From Syntrophomonadaceae bacterium (lineage in GTDB: Bacteria; Bacillota; Dethiobacteria; DTU022), in assembly GCA_007129055.1 (NCBI GenBank), contig SKWE01000069.1, positions 1 through 51,611 of the forward strand: DNA of 51,611 bases, given 5' to 3'. Position 1 is the stretch's first letter, and the number at the start of each line of letters is the position of its first letter. Under the pieces are notes generated by a model. That model saw nothing but the letters and a program-made list of their open reading frames with translations. It was not told the DNA's origin and ran no database searches. A program made the position numbers and the translations under genes. This document shows positions 9,810 to 19,885 of the stretch, one piece after another.

Positions 9810-11046
9810 AGATTTATTTGCAGCGATTGACGCGCTGGAGAAAGAAAAAGGGATCAGTAAGGAGATACTTTTTGAAGCACTCGAAGTAGCTTTGATATCG
9901 GCTTATAAGAGGAATTTCCAATCAGCGCCTGCCGTCAGGGTTGAGTTAGATCGGGAAACCGGAGAAATAAAAGTATTTTCCCAACTAAAAGTTGTCGAAA
10001 ATGTTACTGATGATCAACAGGAAGTCAACCTGTACGAAGCCCGGGTTTATGACCCGCATTGTCAGCTTGAGGACACGGTTGAAATGGAAGTTACCCCAAA
10101 AGAATTTGGAAGGATAGCCGCACAAACTGCCAAGCAGGTGGTGATCCAGAGAATCAGGGAAGCGGAAAGAGAATTGATTTATGAAAGCTTTATCGACCGG
10201 ACGGAAGAAGTAATTACAGGTTTGGTGAGACGCTTTGAACAGCGGAATGTAATAATAGATCTTGGCCGAACTGAAGCTGTGCTTCCGGTAGAAGAACAAA
10301 TACCCCATGAACGTTACCGTCAGGGCGAAAGAGTTAAAACATTTATTGTTGATGTAAAAAAGACAACCAAGGGACCGCAGATTACTGTTTCAAGAACTCA
10401 TACGGGGTTCCTGAAAAGATTATTCGAAATGGAAGTTCCTGAAATTTATGAGGGTATTGTAGAGGTTAAGGCAGCTGCCCGTGAAGCCGGATTCAGATCG
10501 AAACTGGCAGTGATTTCTAATAATCAGGATATAGATCCTGTTGGTGCCTGTGTAGGCCCGAAAGGTAGCCGTGTGCAGGCTATCAGCAACGAATTGAAGG
10601 GCGAAAAGATTGATATTGTTAAATGGAGCGAAGTCGCAGAAGAATATATTGCTAATGCATTAAGTCCAGCTAAAGTATCGGCAGTTTACCTGGACTCGGA
10701 AAACAAGTCAGCCTCAGTTGTTGTTCCCGATAGCCAGCTGTCACTGGCAATCGGGAAAGAAGGCCAAAATGCCCGTCTTGCTGCTAGAATAACAGGATGG
10801 AAAGTAGATATTTCAAGCGAAACACAATATACGGAAAAAAGTCTCTCAGCAATTGGCCTCTCAGAAGATACTGCTGCAGAGGGTGATACATTGCCGGCAG
10901 AAGAAGGAAAAGAGGTAGTGGTAGAAACTGAAGAGACGGCCGCAGTTCCTAACGGTGATAGCGCTCAAGAGAGCGAGGTAATTGACGAGAATGGAGAAAC
11001 AGAAGAAGTTGAACAGGGCGAGGGGGATTTAAAGAAGGATGATTAA
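9802..11046 (+). CDS. nusA: Transcription termination/antitermination factor NusA with an acidic C-terminal tail
   Basis: N-terminal domain, S1 and two KH domains (VGACVGPKGSRVQ, AIGKEGQNARLAA). The last roughly 75 aa are Glu/Asp-rich. Confidence 0.95.
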   Translation: MNKDLFAAIDALEKEKGISKEILFEALEVALISAYKRNFQSAPAVRVELDRETGEIKVFSQLKVVENVTDDQQEVNLYEARVYDPHCQLEDTVEMEVTPKEFGRIAAQTAKQVVIQRIREAERELIYESFIDRTEEVITGLVRRFEQRNVIIDLGRTEAVLPVEEQIPHERYRQGERVKTFIVDVKKTTKGPQITVSRTHTGFLKRLFEMEVPEIYEGIVEVKAAAREAGFRSKLAVISNNQDIDPVGACVGPKGSRVQAISNELKGEKIDIVKWSEVAEEYIANALSPAKVSAVYLDSENKSASVVVPDSQLSLAIGKEGQNARLAARITGWKVDISSETQYTEKSLSAIGLSEDTAAEGDTLPAEEGKEVVVETEETAAVPNGDSAQESEVIDENGETEEVEQGEGDLKKDD

Positions 11047-11326
11047 GCAGCGTAAAGTGCCCCTGAGAGTCTGTATCGGATGCCAGGAGAAAAAACCTAA
11101 AAAAGAACTGGTACGCATAGTGCGTACACCCGAAGGAACAATTGCGTATGACGATACAGGCAAAAAACCAGGACGAGGCGCATATATCTGCCCGCTTCAA
11201 TCATGCTTGATGAAAGCTCAAAAAGGAAAAAGGCTGGAAAGAAATTTGGAGCAACCTGTTCCGCCTGAAATAATAGAAGAGCTAAATGCTAAGTTTAAGA
11301 TAGAACCGGAAGTAGAAGGATGCTAA
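11039..11326 (+). CDS. ylxR: YlxR/DUF448 family RNA-binding protein
   Basis: PLRVCIGCQEKKPKKELVRIV and GRGAYIC motifs. Overlaps the nusA stop codon. Confidence 0.85.
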   Translation: MIKQRKVPLRVCIGCQEKKPKKELVRIVRTPEGTIAYDDTGKKPGRGAYICPLQSCLMKAQKGKRLERNLEQPVPPEIIEELNAKFKIEPEVEGC

Positions 11327-11357
11327 CGGGGAGGTTTACCTTGTGGAGGTGGTTTGA

Positions 11358-13445
11358 TTGAGTAAAGTTAGGGTATATGAGCTTGCAAAAGAATTGGGTA
11401 CAACCAGTAAAAAGCTGATTGAAGTAATGGAAGGGATGGATATCAGCGTTAATAACCACATGAGCACTCTTACTGATGAAGAGGCTAAAAAAGTTATGTC
11501 TATCCTCACAGGCCAGACTGGGAAAAAACCTTCAAAAGAAGTTGAAGAAACTGAGAAAAAGCCAGAGAGTAAAATTCCAGAAGAACCTGCAGTCAAAAAA
11601 AAGAAAGAAAAACCTGTGGAAGAGGAGAAGCCAACACCCAGCCGAAAAGCCCGCAAAGCAATACAGGAAGAAAAACGGGCAGCAGCACTTAAAGCAAAGA
11701 AACCTAAAATTCGTCTTGAGGGACAGGTTACAATAGCTGAACTGGCAGGGCATTTTGATGCAGAGCCTGCGCAGTTAATTACTTATTTAATGGATATGGG
11801 TGTAATGGCGAATATTAATCAGCCGCTCACAGCTGAGGATGTTGAACTCATTGCTGATGAGTATGGTTATGATATTGAATTTATCGAAGATCCAGTTGAG
11901 GAAGAGCTGTTGGCAGTGGCCGAAGAAGATGACAAAGCAGAGGTTTTACGAAAGCCGGTTGTAACAGTTTTGGGTCACGTAGATCACGGTAAAACTTCTT
12001 TGCTTGATAAAATACGGAGCGCAAAAGTTACTGATGATGAAGTAGGAGGAATAACCCAGCATATTGGAGCTTACCAGGTAGATGTTAACGATAAAAAGAT
12101 AGTGTTTCTTGATACTCCCGGTCATGAAGCGTTTACGGCAATGAGGGCCAGGGGAGCGCAGGTTACCGATATAGCAATATTAGTGGTAGCTGCTGATGAC
12201 GGGGTGATGCCCCAGACAATAGAAGCTATAAATCACGTTAAAGCTGCGCAGGTACCGATATTGGTAGCTATTAACAAGATTGATAAGCCTGATGCAAATC
12301 CTGATCGCGTTAAGCAACAGTTGTCAGAGCACGGGCTGGTTTCTGAAGAATGGGGTGGAGATACAATATTTGTTCCCGTTAGCGCAATCAGGGGGGACGG
12401 AATTGAAGAGCTGTTGGAGATGGCTCTGCTTCTGGCCGAAGTGGGCGAACTGAAAGCCAGCCCTGACCGTGCGGCCCGTGGAACGGTTATCGAAGCAAAA
12501 CTCGACCGCGGCAGGGGCGCTGTAGCTACTGTTTTAGTCCAGGATGGTACTTTAAGAGTAGGCGACTCTCTAATTTGTGGTTCTCTTGCCGGAAAAATCA
12601 GAGCCATGATAAATGACAGGGGTGAACGTATTGAAGCTGCTGGCCCATCTACTCCCGTAGAAATTTTGGGCCTGAATGAAGTACCTCTTGCCGGTGATCG
12701 TTTCCAGGTTGTTGCTGATGAAAGGGTAGCCAGGCAGGTTGCAGCGAAGCGTGCAACTAAATTAAAAGAGGCAAGCAGAAGGGTTCAACGAGTCACGCTT
12801 GATGATCTTTTTAAGCAGATCCAGGAAGGTGAAGTAAAAGATTTAAACCTGATCATAAAAGCTGATGTTCAGGGTTCCGTGGAAGCTGTTCAGGATGCCC
12901 TGGCAAAGCTTAGCCTGGAAGAAGTACAGATTAAAATAATTCATACCGGGGTTGGTGCGGTTAACGAGTCTGATATCATGCTTGCATCAGCGTCAAATGC
13001 TATTGTTATAGGTTTTAATGTCAGGCCTGACAGTAATGCGCGTAAGCTGGCGGAACAGGATGAAGTCGATATAAGACTTTACCGGATAATTTATGAGGCC
13101 ATTGAAGATATAAAGGCTGCCGTAACAGGCCTACTTAAACCGGTTATGAAAGAAGTGATACTAGGTCAGGCTGAGGTGCGTCAGTTATTTAAAGTTTCAA
13201 GGCTCGGAAGTATAGCCGGTTCGTATGTGATCGAAGGGAAGATAACCCGCAATGCCAAGGTAAGGGTTATCAGGGACGGAACAGTAATCCTGGATAATGG
13301 CAGCATAGATTCGTTGAAACGGTTTAAGGATGATGTCCGTGAAGTATTAACAGGCTACGAATGTGGCATACTGATCGAAAACTTTAATGATTTGCGTGAG
13401 GGAGATATAATAGAAGCCTACGTTATGGAGCAGGTAGCTCGTTAA
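11358..13445 (+). CDS. infB: Translation initiation factor IF-2
   Basis: [14 protein letters not shown] start, Lys/Glu-rich linker, G domain [23 protein letters not shown] start after GGAGGTGG. Confidence 0.97.
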   Translation: MSKVRVYELAKELGTTSKKLIEVMEGMDISVNNHMSTLTDEEAKKVMSILTGQTGKKPSKEVEETEKKPESKIPEEPAVKKKKEKPVEEEKPTPSRKARKAIQEEKRAAALKAKKPKIRLEGQVTIAELAGHFDAEPAQLITYLMDMGVMANINQPLTAEDVELIADEYGYDIEFIEDPVEEELLAVAEEDDKAEVLRKPVVTVLGHVDHGKTSLLDKIRSAKVTDDEVGGITQHIGAYQVDVNDKKIVFLDTPGHEAFTAMRARGAQVTDIAILVVAADDGVMPQTIEAINHVKAAQVPILVAINKIDKPDANPDRVKQQLSEHGLVSEEWGGDTIFVPVSAIRGDGIEELLEMALLLAEVGELKASPDRAARGTVIEAKLDRGRGAVATVLVQDGTLRVGDSLICGSLAGKIRAMINDRGERIEAAGPSTPVEILGLNEVPLAGDRFQVVADERVARQVAAKRATKLKEASRRVQRVTLDDLFKQIQEGEVKDLNLIIKADVQGSVEAVQDALAKLSLEEVQIKIIHTGVGAVNESDIMLASASNAIVIGFNVRPDSNARKLAEQDEVDIRLYRIIYEAIEDIKAAVTGLLKPVMKEVILGQAEVRQLFKVSRLGSIAGSYVIEGKITRNAKVRVIRDGTVILDNGSIDSLKRFKDDVREVLTGYECGILIENFNDLREGDIIEAYVMEQVAR

Positions 13446-13504
13446 ACTGGTGGTAGATAGATGGAACGCCGTACAGATTATTGTAAGCACGGGGGGATTA
13501 AATT

Positions 13505-13894
13505 ATGTCCGAAAATAGAATACGGCGAGTAGCAGAACAGATAAAAAAGGATCTTAGCCAGATCATTAATAAACAGATTAAGGATCCACGAGTTTCGGCA
13601 ATCACCAGCATTACAGATGTTCAGTTATCCAGGGATCTTCGGTATGCATCAATATATGTAAGTATATACGGTTCGGATATTGAGAAAGAGGAGACTCTGC
13701 AAACTCTCGTCAGGGCTTCAGGATTTATTCGAAGTGAAATTGGACGCCGAATCAGGTTGAGATATACTCCGGAGATAAATTTTTATCTTGATAACTCTAT
13801 AGAATATGGTGCGCATATAGAAAAAGTTCTTAAATCACTAAAAGAAGAAGAAAATAAAGATGAACGATCTAACGAAAATAGTTCAAACGCTTAA
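13505..13894 (+). CDS. rbfA: Ribosome-binding factor A
   Basis: RbfA-like sequence (R..RV.E.I...L..I) in the conserved position after infB. Confidence 0.9.
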   Translation: MSENRIRRVAEQIKKDLSQIINKQIKDPRVSAITSITDVQLSRDLRYASIYVSIYGSDIEKEETLQTLVRASGFIRSEIGRRIRLRYTPEINFYLDNSIEYGAHIEKVLKSLKEEENKDERSNENSSNA

Positions 13895-14831
13895 GAATGA
13901 AAACAAATTTTACATTATATCGCACATGTTGCCTGACGGAGACAGCATAGGCTCTCTATTAGCTATGGCGGAAGGGCTGCGCAGCCTGGGGAAAGAAATT
14001 ACTGCATTTACCCCCGGTCATATTCCACATAAATACAGCTTTCTTCATGGATCTGACCTTGTTAAGAACAGTCCTGAGTTGAAAGATAATGATATTACAG
14101 TTTTAGTACTGGACAGCAGTGATTTAGATCGTTTGGGCGATTTTAAAGACGCAGTAAAAGCTTCTAAAAATATAATTAATATTGATCATCACATTACAAA
14201 TCAGCATTATGGAGATCTGAATTTAGTTAACCCCGATGCAGCTGCAACCGGTGAAATTGTTTATTATTTGCTGAGAGAAATTGGGGCTCAAATTACCAGG
14301 CAAACAGCTGAATCTTTATATGTTGCCATATCTACAGATACCGGTTCTTTTAAGTATGATAACACAACTTCACTTACACACAGGGTTATTGCGGAGCTGC
14401 TTGAAACAGGAATCAGCCCTGCAGTGCTATCTCTAAAAGTATTTGATGAAAGGCCTATTTCTTTTTATATCTTGTTGAAGGAGGCACTCTCAAGTCTTGA
14501 GATTTATGAAGACCGTTTGATTGCCGTAATGAGCCTGAGCAAAGATATCAGGGAGAGGTGTGGGGCAACGACTGATGACCTTGAGGGCATCGTTAATTAT
14601 ACCCGCAATATAGAGGGTGTTGAACTGGGAATCATGTTTTACGTAGAAGGTGAACATGAAGTTAAGGTAGGTTTTCGTTCAAGGCAGATTGATGTTTCTC
14701 TGCTTGCAGGAAAGCTAAATGGAGGCGGTCATGCAAGGGCTGCCGGTTGCAGGATATATGCTGACTTCGAATCAGTTAAAAAAAGGGTTATGTTTGAAGC
14801 TAAAAATATGATTCGAGAATTAGAACTTTGA
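13860..14831 (+). CDS. nrnA: DHH/DHHA1 phosphoesterase (NrnA-like oligoribonuclease/pAp phosphatase)
   Basis: DGDSIGS, NIDHH and GGGHARAAG motifs. 35-nt overlap with rbfA. Confidence 0.8.
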   Translation: MNDLTKIVQTLKNENKFYIISHMLPDGDSIGSLLAMAEGLRSLGKEITAFTPGHIPHKYSFLHGSDLVKNSPELKDNDITVLVLDSSDLDRLGDFKDAVKASKNIINIDHHITNQHYGDLNLVNPDAAATGEIVYYLLREIGAQITRQTAESLYVAISTDTGSFKYDNTTSLTHRVIAELLETGISPAVLSLKVFDERPISFYILLKEALSSLEIYEDRLIAVMSLSKDIRERCGATTDDLEGIVNYTRNIEGVELGIMFYVEGEHEVKVGFRSRQIDVSLLAGKLNGGGHARAAGCRIYADFESVKKRVMFEAKNMIRELEL

Positions 14832-14842
14832 GGGTGCAATTA

Positions 14843-15781
14843 GTGGACGGTATTATTGTAGTCGATAAGCCGAAAGATATAACTTCTCACCAGGTAGTTT
14901 CAAGAATCAGAAAACTATTTCCGGGTGTAAAGGCAGGGCATACCGGTACATTAGATCCCATGGCTACCGGGGTTCTGCCCATTTGTTTGGGAAAAGCGAC
15001 AAGGGTTGCAGAATATGTGATTGAACTGCCAAAAAAATACCAGGCGGAGATAATTTTTGGTAAAACAAGTGATACGGAAGATATAACCGGTGTTATAGAA
15101 ATAAAAGAGAATGTGGCAATACCCACTTACAGTGAGATTGCGAAGATTCTAGATACATTTACTGGTGAAATTGAACAAACCCCTCCATATTATTCAGCTG
15201 TTAAATACAAGGGAAAACCCATGTATCGCTGGACCAGGCAGGGTAAAAAGATACCCAGGGAAAAAAGAATAATACAAATCTATGATATTAAAATTATTAG
15301 TTTCAATCAGCAGACAGAGCCACACCTTACGCTTGAAATAAGCTGTTCAAAAGGAACTTATATCAGGACGCTTGCAGCAGATATCGGTAAAATAGCAGGA
15401 TGCGGAGCGGTTCTAAGCGATTTACGAAGGCTTGAGGTAGGACCATTTAATGTTTCTGATTCACTAACCCTAATTGAAATTGAAGCAGCAAAGAATACCG
15501 GTTTTCATGAGGAGTTAGTTAAACCTATTGATGTTGCGCTTGGCCAGTTTCCGGCATTAGAATTGACTGACATGCAAATCGAAAGCTTAAAAAATGGCAA
15601 AATTATTATGGCAGAAAGCACTGGACATAATGATTTTGCCAGCCTTGAAGGGCCTTTAAGATTTTATGACTACCATGGTAACTTTAAAGGTCTGGCTGCT
15701 GCCTGTAATGTTGATGGTAATATCGGACTGAAAACATTAAAATACCTAGCAAGGAATGAAGCGCTGAAAGGTGAACAGTAA
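14843..15781 (+). CDS. truB: tRNA pseudouridine-55 synthase
   Basis: DGIIVVDKP..ITSH and GHTGTLDPMATGVL motifs. GAGGGTG RBS favours GTG at 14843; the ORF track starts at 14828. Confidence 0.93.
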   Translation: MDGIIVVDKPKDITSHQVVSRIRKLFPGVKAGHTGTLDPMATGVLPICLGKATRVAEYVIELPKKYQAEIIFGKTSDTEDITGVIEIKENVAIPTYSEIAKILDTFTGEIEQTPPYYSAVKYKGKPMYRWTRQGKKIPREKRIIQIYDIKIISFNQQTEPHLTLEISCSKGTYIRTLAADIGKIAGCGAVLSDLRRLEVGPFNVSDSLTLIEIEAAKNTGFHEELVKPIDVALGQFPALELTDMQIESLKNGKIIMAESTGHNDFASLEGPLRFYDYHGNFKGLAAACNVDGNIGLKTLKYLARNEALKGEQ

Positions 15782-16776
15782 TGGAAATTATTAATGGAGT
15801 AGATCGTTTACCTGCTGAAATTAATTCATTAAACCTGGCCCTTGGTAACTTTGATGGTGTTCACAGGGGGCACCAGGCGATAATAAAATCTGCTATAAAA
15901 GAATCTAAAAACTCGGGCGGTTCAAGCGCTGCACTGGTCTTTGATCCTCACCCCCTGATAGCCTTGAGGTCAGATAATCAACCCGCCCTGCTGACGGATC
16001 TGGCTGACCGGGCAGAGATATTTGGCGAACTGGGTTTAGATTACATGATTATTCAGCCTTTTGACAGCCGTTTTTCCCAGTTAAGCCCGGAACAGTTTAT
16101 CAGGCTTGTGCTTATTGAGAAATTAAGAGTTAATAGTGTGCACGTTGGGGCCGATTACACCTTCGGCAGAAAAGGGGCAGGGAGTTCAGATACCCTTCTA
16201 TTTTGGGGAGAAAAACTAAATTTTAAAGTTCATATACAGCCGATGCTTCTTTATAACAGCAAAGAAGTAAGCAGTTCAACAATACGTTCCCTGCTGCTTT
16301 CCGGCTCAGTGAGCGAAGCGTCAGATTTACTTGGGTATTACTTTTTCAGACAGGGTAAAATAATTAAAGGGCATGGAGTTGGGAAAACCCTGGTTTACCC
16401 TACTGCAAATATTGCCGCTAATGGACGAATGATCTGGCCTGGTAAGGGAGTATACCTGACCGCTGTAACGAAGTTGGAGGAAGAATTGCTATTTGGTGTT
16501 ACTAACGTTGGTTCAAGGCCTACTTTTTCCGATCATAAAACAGCTGTTGAAACTCATATTATTGATTATAGAAGAGAAATATATCATCAAGAGATACGCC
16601 TTTGTTTCCTCGAAAAATTAAGAAATACTAAAACATTTGAGACACCATCTGAGCTGCGTAAGCAGATCTTTCAGGATATAGAAACCAGCAGATCTCTAAT
16701 TAAGCAGTTTAAAGAAAGCTATAATGGGCGCTGGCAATCTTTACAAGTAGGTTGTTCTGTGCTAAGATCCTATTAG
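15781..16776 (+). CDS. ribF: Bifunctional riboflavin kinase / FMN adenylyltransferase
   Basis: GNFDGVHRGH N-terminal domain and a C-terminal riboflavin kinase domain (PTANI...E.H). ATG overlaps the truB stop codon. Confidence 0.93.
   Translation: MEIINGVDRLPAEINSLNLALGNFDGVHRGHQAIIKSAIKESKNSGGSSAALVFDPHPLIALRSDNQPALLTDLADRAEIFGELGLDYMIIQPFDSRFSQLSPEQFIRLVLIEKLRVNSVHVGADYTFGRKGAGSSDTLLFWGEKLNFKVHIQPMLLYNSKEVSSSTIRSLLLSGSVSEASDLLGYYFFRQGKIIKGHGVGKTLVYPTANIAANGRMIWPGKGVYLTAVTKLEEELLFGVTNVGSRPTFSDHKTAVETHIIDYRREIYHQEIRLCFLEKLRNTKTFETPSELRKQIFQDIETSRSLIKQFKESYNGRWQSLQVGCSVLRSY
16740..16768 (+). promoter_or_regulatory. Candidate rpsO promoter (TTTACA-17-TAAGAT) inside the 3' end of ribF
   Basis: Hexamers at 16740-16745 and 16763-16768. 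Would give a roughly 80-nt rpsO 5' UTR. Confidence 0.35.
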
Positions 16777-16856
16777 TTTGAACCATTGGCTAGGTGTGCC
16801 GCATTCCCGACGCAGAACTTGGCCGGTGGCGATTATAAAAAGGGAGGATATTATTA

Positions 16857-17123
16857 ATGTTGGATCTAGAACGTAAGCAGGAGATCATTGAGGAGCATAA
16901 AAGGCATGAAGGGGATACAGGTTCACCGGAAGTGCAAATTGCCTTGTTGACTGAAAGGATTAACTATCTAACTGAACATTTAAAAATTCACAAGAAAGAT
17001 TATCATTCTCAACGGGGCCTGCTGAAGATGGTAGGTCGAAGGCGGGGCCTGCTGAATTATCTTCGAGATAGATCTCCGGAACGCTACCAGGAAATTCTTG
17101 CCAAGCTTAAACTGAGAAAATAG
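16857..17123 (+). CDS. rpsO: 30S ribosomal protein S15
   Basis: 88-aa ORF with [17 protein letters not shown] and [12 protein letters not shown] motifs. GGGAGG RBS. Confidence 0.95.
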   Translation: MLDLERKQEIIEEHKRHEGDTGSPEVQIALLTERINYLTEHLKIHKKDYHSQRGLLKMVGRRRGLLNYLRDRSPERYQEILAKLKLRK

Positions 17124-17135
17124 CAGAGATAAATA

Positions 17136-17165
17136 ATAAGCACGGGGGTTTACTCCCGTGCTTAT
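17136..17165 (+). terminator. rpsO-pnp intergenic hairpin (terminator or processing site)
   Basis: ATAAGCACGGG...CCCGTGCTTAT, 11-bp stem. No clear T-tract follows. Confidence 0.5.
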
Positions 17166-17206
17166 AGGTAGAATACCAAGTTAGAACTAGGAGGAGTATA
17201 TATTTA

Positions 17207-19354
17207 ATGCATACAAACAGTATGGAGTTAAACGGAAAGACTTTATCAATGGAAACGGGCAGACTTGCTAAACAGGCAAGCGGAGCTGTTCTGTTGCGTT
17301 ATGGTGATACAATGGCCCTTGTCACAGCAACTGTATCTGACGAAGCGAGGGAGGGCGTTGATTTCTTCCCGATGACAGTGGATTATGAAGAGCGCCTTTA
17401 CGCTGTTGGCCGCATACCCGGGGGGTTTATAAAAAGAGAAGGAAGGCCGACCGAAAGAGCAATCCTGGGCTGCCGGTTAACCGATCGCTCATTGCGTCCA
17501 CTGTTTCCGAAAGGCTTCCGGAATTCAGTTCACATAGTTACTACCGTATTGTCAATGGATCAGGATTGCCCGCCTGAAACACTATCAATTATTGGTGCTT
17601 CTGCTGCGCTATCAATATCTAAAATACCTTTTAACGGCCCTATAGGGGCTGTAGTAGTAGGATTGATCGACGGTAAACCGGTTGTAAACCCGGACCAGGA
17701 GCAGGCCCAGAAAAGTGATCTCCATCTAATGTTAGCTGGCACAAAAGACGCAGTTATGATGGTGGAAGCAGGCGCGCAGGAAATAAGCAAGGAAGATGTC
17801 TTAAGCTGTATAGAGGCTGGACATGATGTAATAAAAGATATTGTGAGCCAACAGGAAAAAATGGTTTTAGAAGTTGGGGTAGAAAAAATGGAAGTTAAGA
17901 TAGATGAGCTTCCTGAAGAACTTGTCCGGGAGGTTGAACCTTATGCCCGGAAAGAAGTTGCAAACGCGCTTGGCATTGCTGACAAGCAGGAGAGGGAAGA
18001 TAAGCTTTCTGCTATCAAGAAAGATATTATAGAGCAGTACATTGAAAAATTCCCCGAAGAAGAAAAAACTATCGGAAAAGTCTACGAAGACGTATTGAAA
18101 GATTCGATGCGCAAAAAAATCATCACTGAAGGGATCAGGGCTGATGGGCGTAATCCACAAGAGATACGGCCTATTACCTGTGAAATATCATCCCTTCCAA
18201 GAACACATGGTTCAGCTATATTTACCAGGGGTCAAACCCAGGTGTTAAATATCTGTACATTATCTGCCTTAAGAGATATGCAGATGTTGGATGGGCTCGG
18301 CCTTGAAGAATCAAAAAGATTCATACACCACTACAATTTTCCACCTTATAGCGTGGGAGAAACAGGCTTTATGCGCGGGCCCGGCAGGCGCGAAATAGGG
18401 CACGGTGCGCTGGCAGAGAAAGCGCTTGAACCTGTTGTTCCATCCGAGGACGAGTTTCCTTATACAATTCGCCTGGTTTCGGAAGTATTAGAATCAAACG
18501 GTTCAACTTCAATGGCCAGCGTATGTTCAGGATCGCTGGCAATGATGGATACGGGAATACCCCTTAAAGCTCCGGTTGCGGGCATTGCAATGGGGTTAAT
18601 CAAGGAAGAAGACCAGGTTGTAGTATTATCAGATATCCAGGGTCTTGAAGATTTTCTCGGTGACATGGATTTTAAAATAGCCGGTACTGAAAAAGGTATA
18701 ACAGCTATTCAAATGGATATAAAGATCCAGGGGCTTTCAAGGGAAATACTGGAAGAAGCTCTGCAGCATGCAGATGAAGGCTATAAGTATATTTTAAATA
18801 TTATGAATCAGACTATTGAAAAACCGCGGGCCGAATTATCACCCCACGCGCCGCGGATGATCAGGATGCAGATCGATATCGATAAAATAAGGGATGTTAT
18901 AGGGCCCGGCGGTAGGATGATTAATAAGATAATTGCCGAAACCGGTGCGGGTATTGATATTGAACCGGATGGCAGGATATTTATCGCTGCAGTTGATCCC
19001 GAAGGTGGAAAGAAAGCCCAGGAAATGATTGCAGCCCTGGTTCAAGATGTTGAGCCAGGCAAAGTTTATAAAGGAACTGTAAAACGGGTTGAACGGTATG
19101 GAGCCTTCGTAGAAGTTTTACCGGGAAAAGAAGGCTTGCTTCATATTTCTCACCTCGATCATGTACGGGTTAACAAAACTGAAGACGTGGTTAACCTTGG
19201 CGATGAGATTGAAGTAAAAGTTCTTGATATTGATGACAAAGGACGAATCAACCTTTCCAGAAAAGCATTGCTGGAAAAGCCCGAAGGCTTTGTAGAGAGA
19301 AATGAAAGAAGTGACAGAAATGACAGGGGTGGGCCGAGGAATCGTAATCGGTAG
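17207..19354 (+). CDS. pnp: Polyribonucleotide nucleotidyltransferase (PNPase)
   Basis: 715 aa with two RNase PH domains, a KH domain ([11 protein letters not shown]) and an S1 domain (YGAFVE). Confidence 0.97.
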   Translation: MHTNSMELNGKTLSMETGRLAKQASGAVLLRYGDTMALVTATVSDEAREGVDFFPMTVDYEERLYAVGRIPGGFIKREGRPTERAILGCRLTDRSLRPLFPKGFRNSVHIVTTVLSMDQDCPPETLSIIGASAALSISKIPFNGPIGAVVVGLIDGKPVVNPDQEQAQKSDLHLMLAGTKDAVMMVEAGAQEISKEDVLSCIEAGHDVIKDIVSQQEKMVLEVGVEKMEVKIDELPEELVREVEPYARKEVANALGIADKQEREDKLSAIKKDIIEQYIEKFPEEEKTIGKVYEDVLKDSMRKKIITEGIRADGRNPQEIRPITCEISSLPRTHGSAIFTRGQTQVLNICTLSALRDMQMLDGLGLEESKRFIHHYNFPPYSVGETGFMRGPGRREIGHGALAEKALEPVVPSEDEFPYTIRLVSEVLESNGSTSMASVCSGSLAMMDTGIPLKAPVAGIAMGLIKEEDQVVVLSDIQGLEDFLGDMDFKIAGTEKGITAIQMDIKIQGLSREILEEALQHADEGYKYILNIMNQTIEKPRAELSPHAPRMIRMQIDIDKIRDVIGPGGRMINKIIAETGAGIDIEPDGRIFIAAVDPEGGKKAQEMIAALVQDVEPGKVYKGTVKRVERYGAFVEVLPGKEGLLHISHLDHVRVNKTEDVVNLGDEIEVKVLDIDDKGRINLSRKALLEKPEGFVERNERSDRNDRGGPRNRNR

Positions 19355-19420
19355 CAATTAGCAACTAAATTCAGGTATATAAAGGATGGAGCAGATATAA
19401 TTTTACCGGGGAGGTTAAAT

Positions 19421-19873
19421 GTGTCCTGGGTTAATGTAGATTTGCCAATAAAGCGAGCCGCGTGGGCTAAAGATATTCAACTGCCCTGTTATATGACAAA
19501 TGGCGCTGCGGGTATGGATTTGCATGCAGCTGTGGAAAGTGAAATAGAAGTGGCCTCTGGACAAGTTGTTCTTGTTCCCACTGGTCTTTATACAGCAGTT
19601 CCAGAAGGCCATGAGCTTCAAATCAGACCCCGCAGTGGTTTAGCCCTTAAGAATGGTATCGGTATATTAAATTCACCCGGGACGATTGACTCAGATTACC
19701 GGGGGGAAATAAAAATAATTATCATAAACATGGGTCAGGAGAAATTTATAATAAAACGTAATGACCGGATAGCCCAGGCGGTTTTATCGCCAGTTTCAAA
19801 GGCAGTTATAAAAGAAGTAAATGACCTGCCGCCAACTGAAAGAAGTGGTGGCGGATTTGGGCATACCGGATAA
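19421..19873 (+). CDS. dut: dUTP diphosphatase
   Basis: GAAGMDL, RSG and IDSDYRGEI motifs, with a C-terminal GGFGHTG. Confidence 0.9.
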   Translation: MSWVNVDLPIKRAAWAKDIQLPCYMTNGAAGMDLHAAVESEIEVASGQVVLVPTGLYTAVPEGHELQIRPRSGLALKNGIGILNSPGTIDSDYRGEIKIIIINMGQEKFIIKRNDRIAQAVLSPVSKAVIKEVNDLPPTERSGGGFGHTG

Positions 19874-19885
19874 CGGAGGTTTATT

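Noticed and set aside
12233-12607. 124-aa ORF antisense to infB, along with similar antisense ORFs in ftsK, pnp, rnj and mutS
   Set aside because: All are embedded opposite strongly supported conserved genes with no translation signals. They are treated as frame artefacts.
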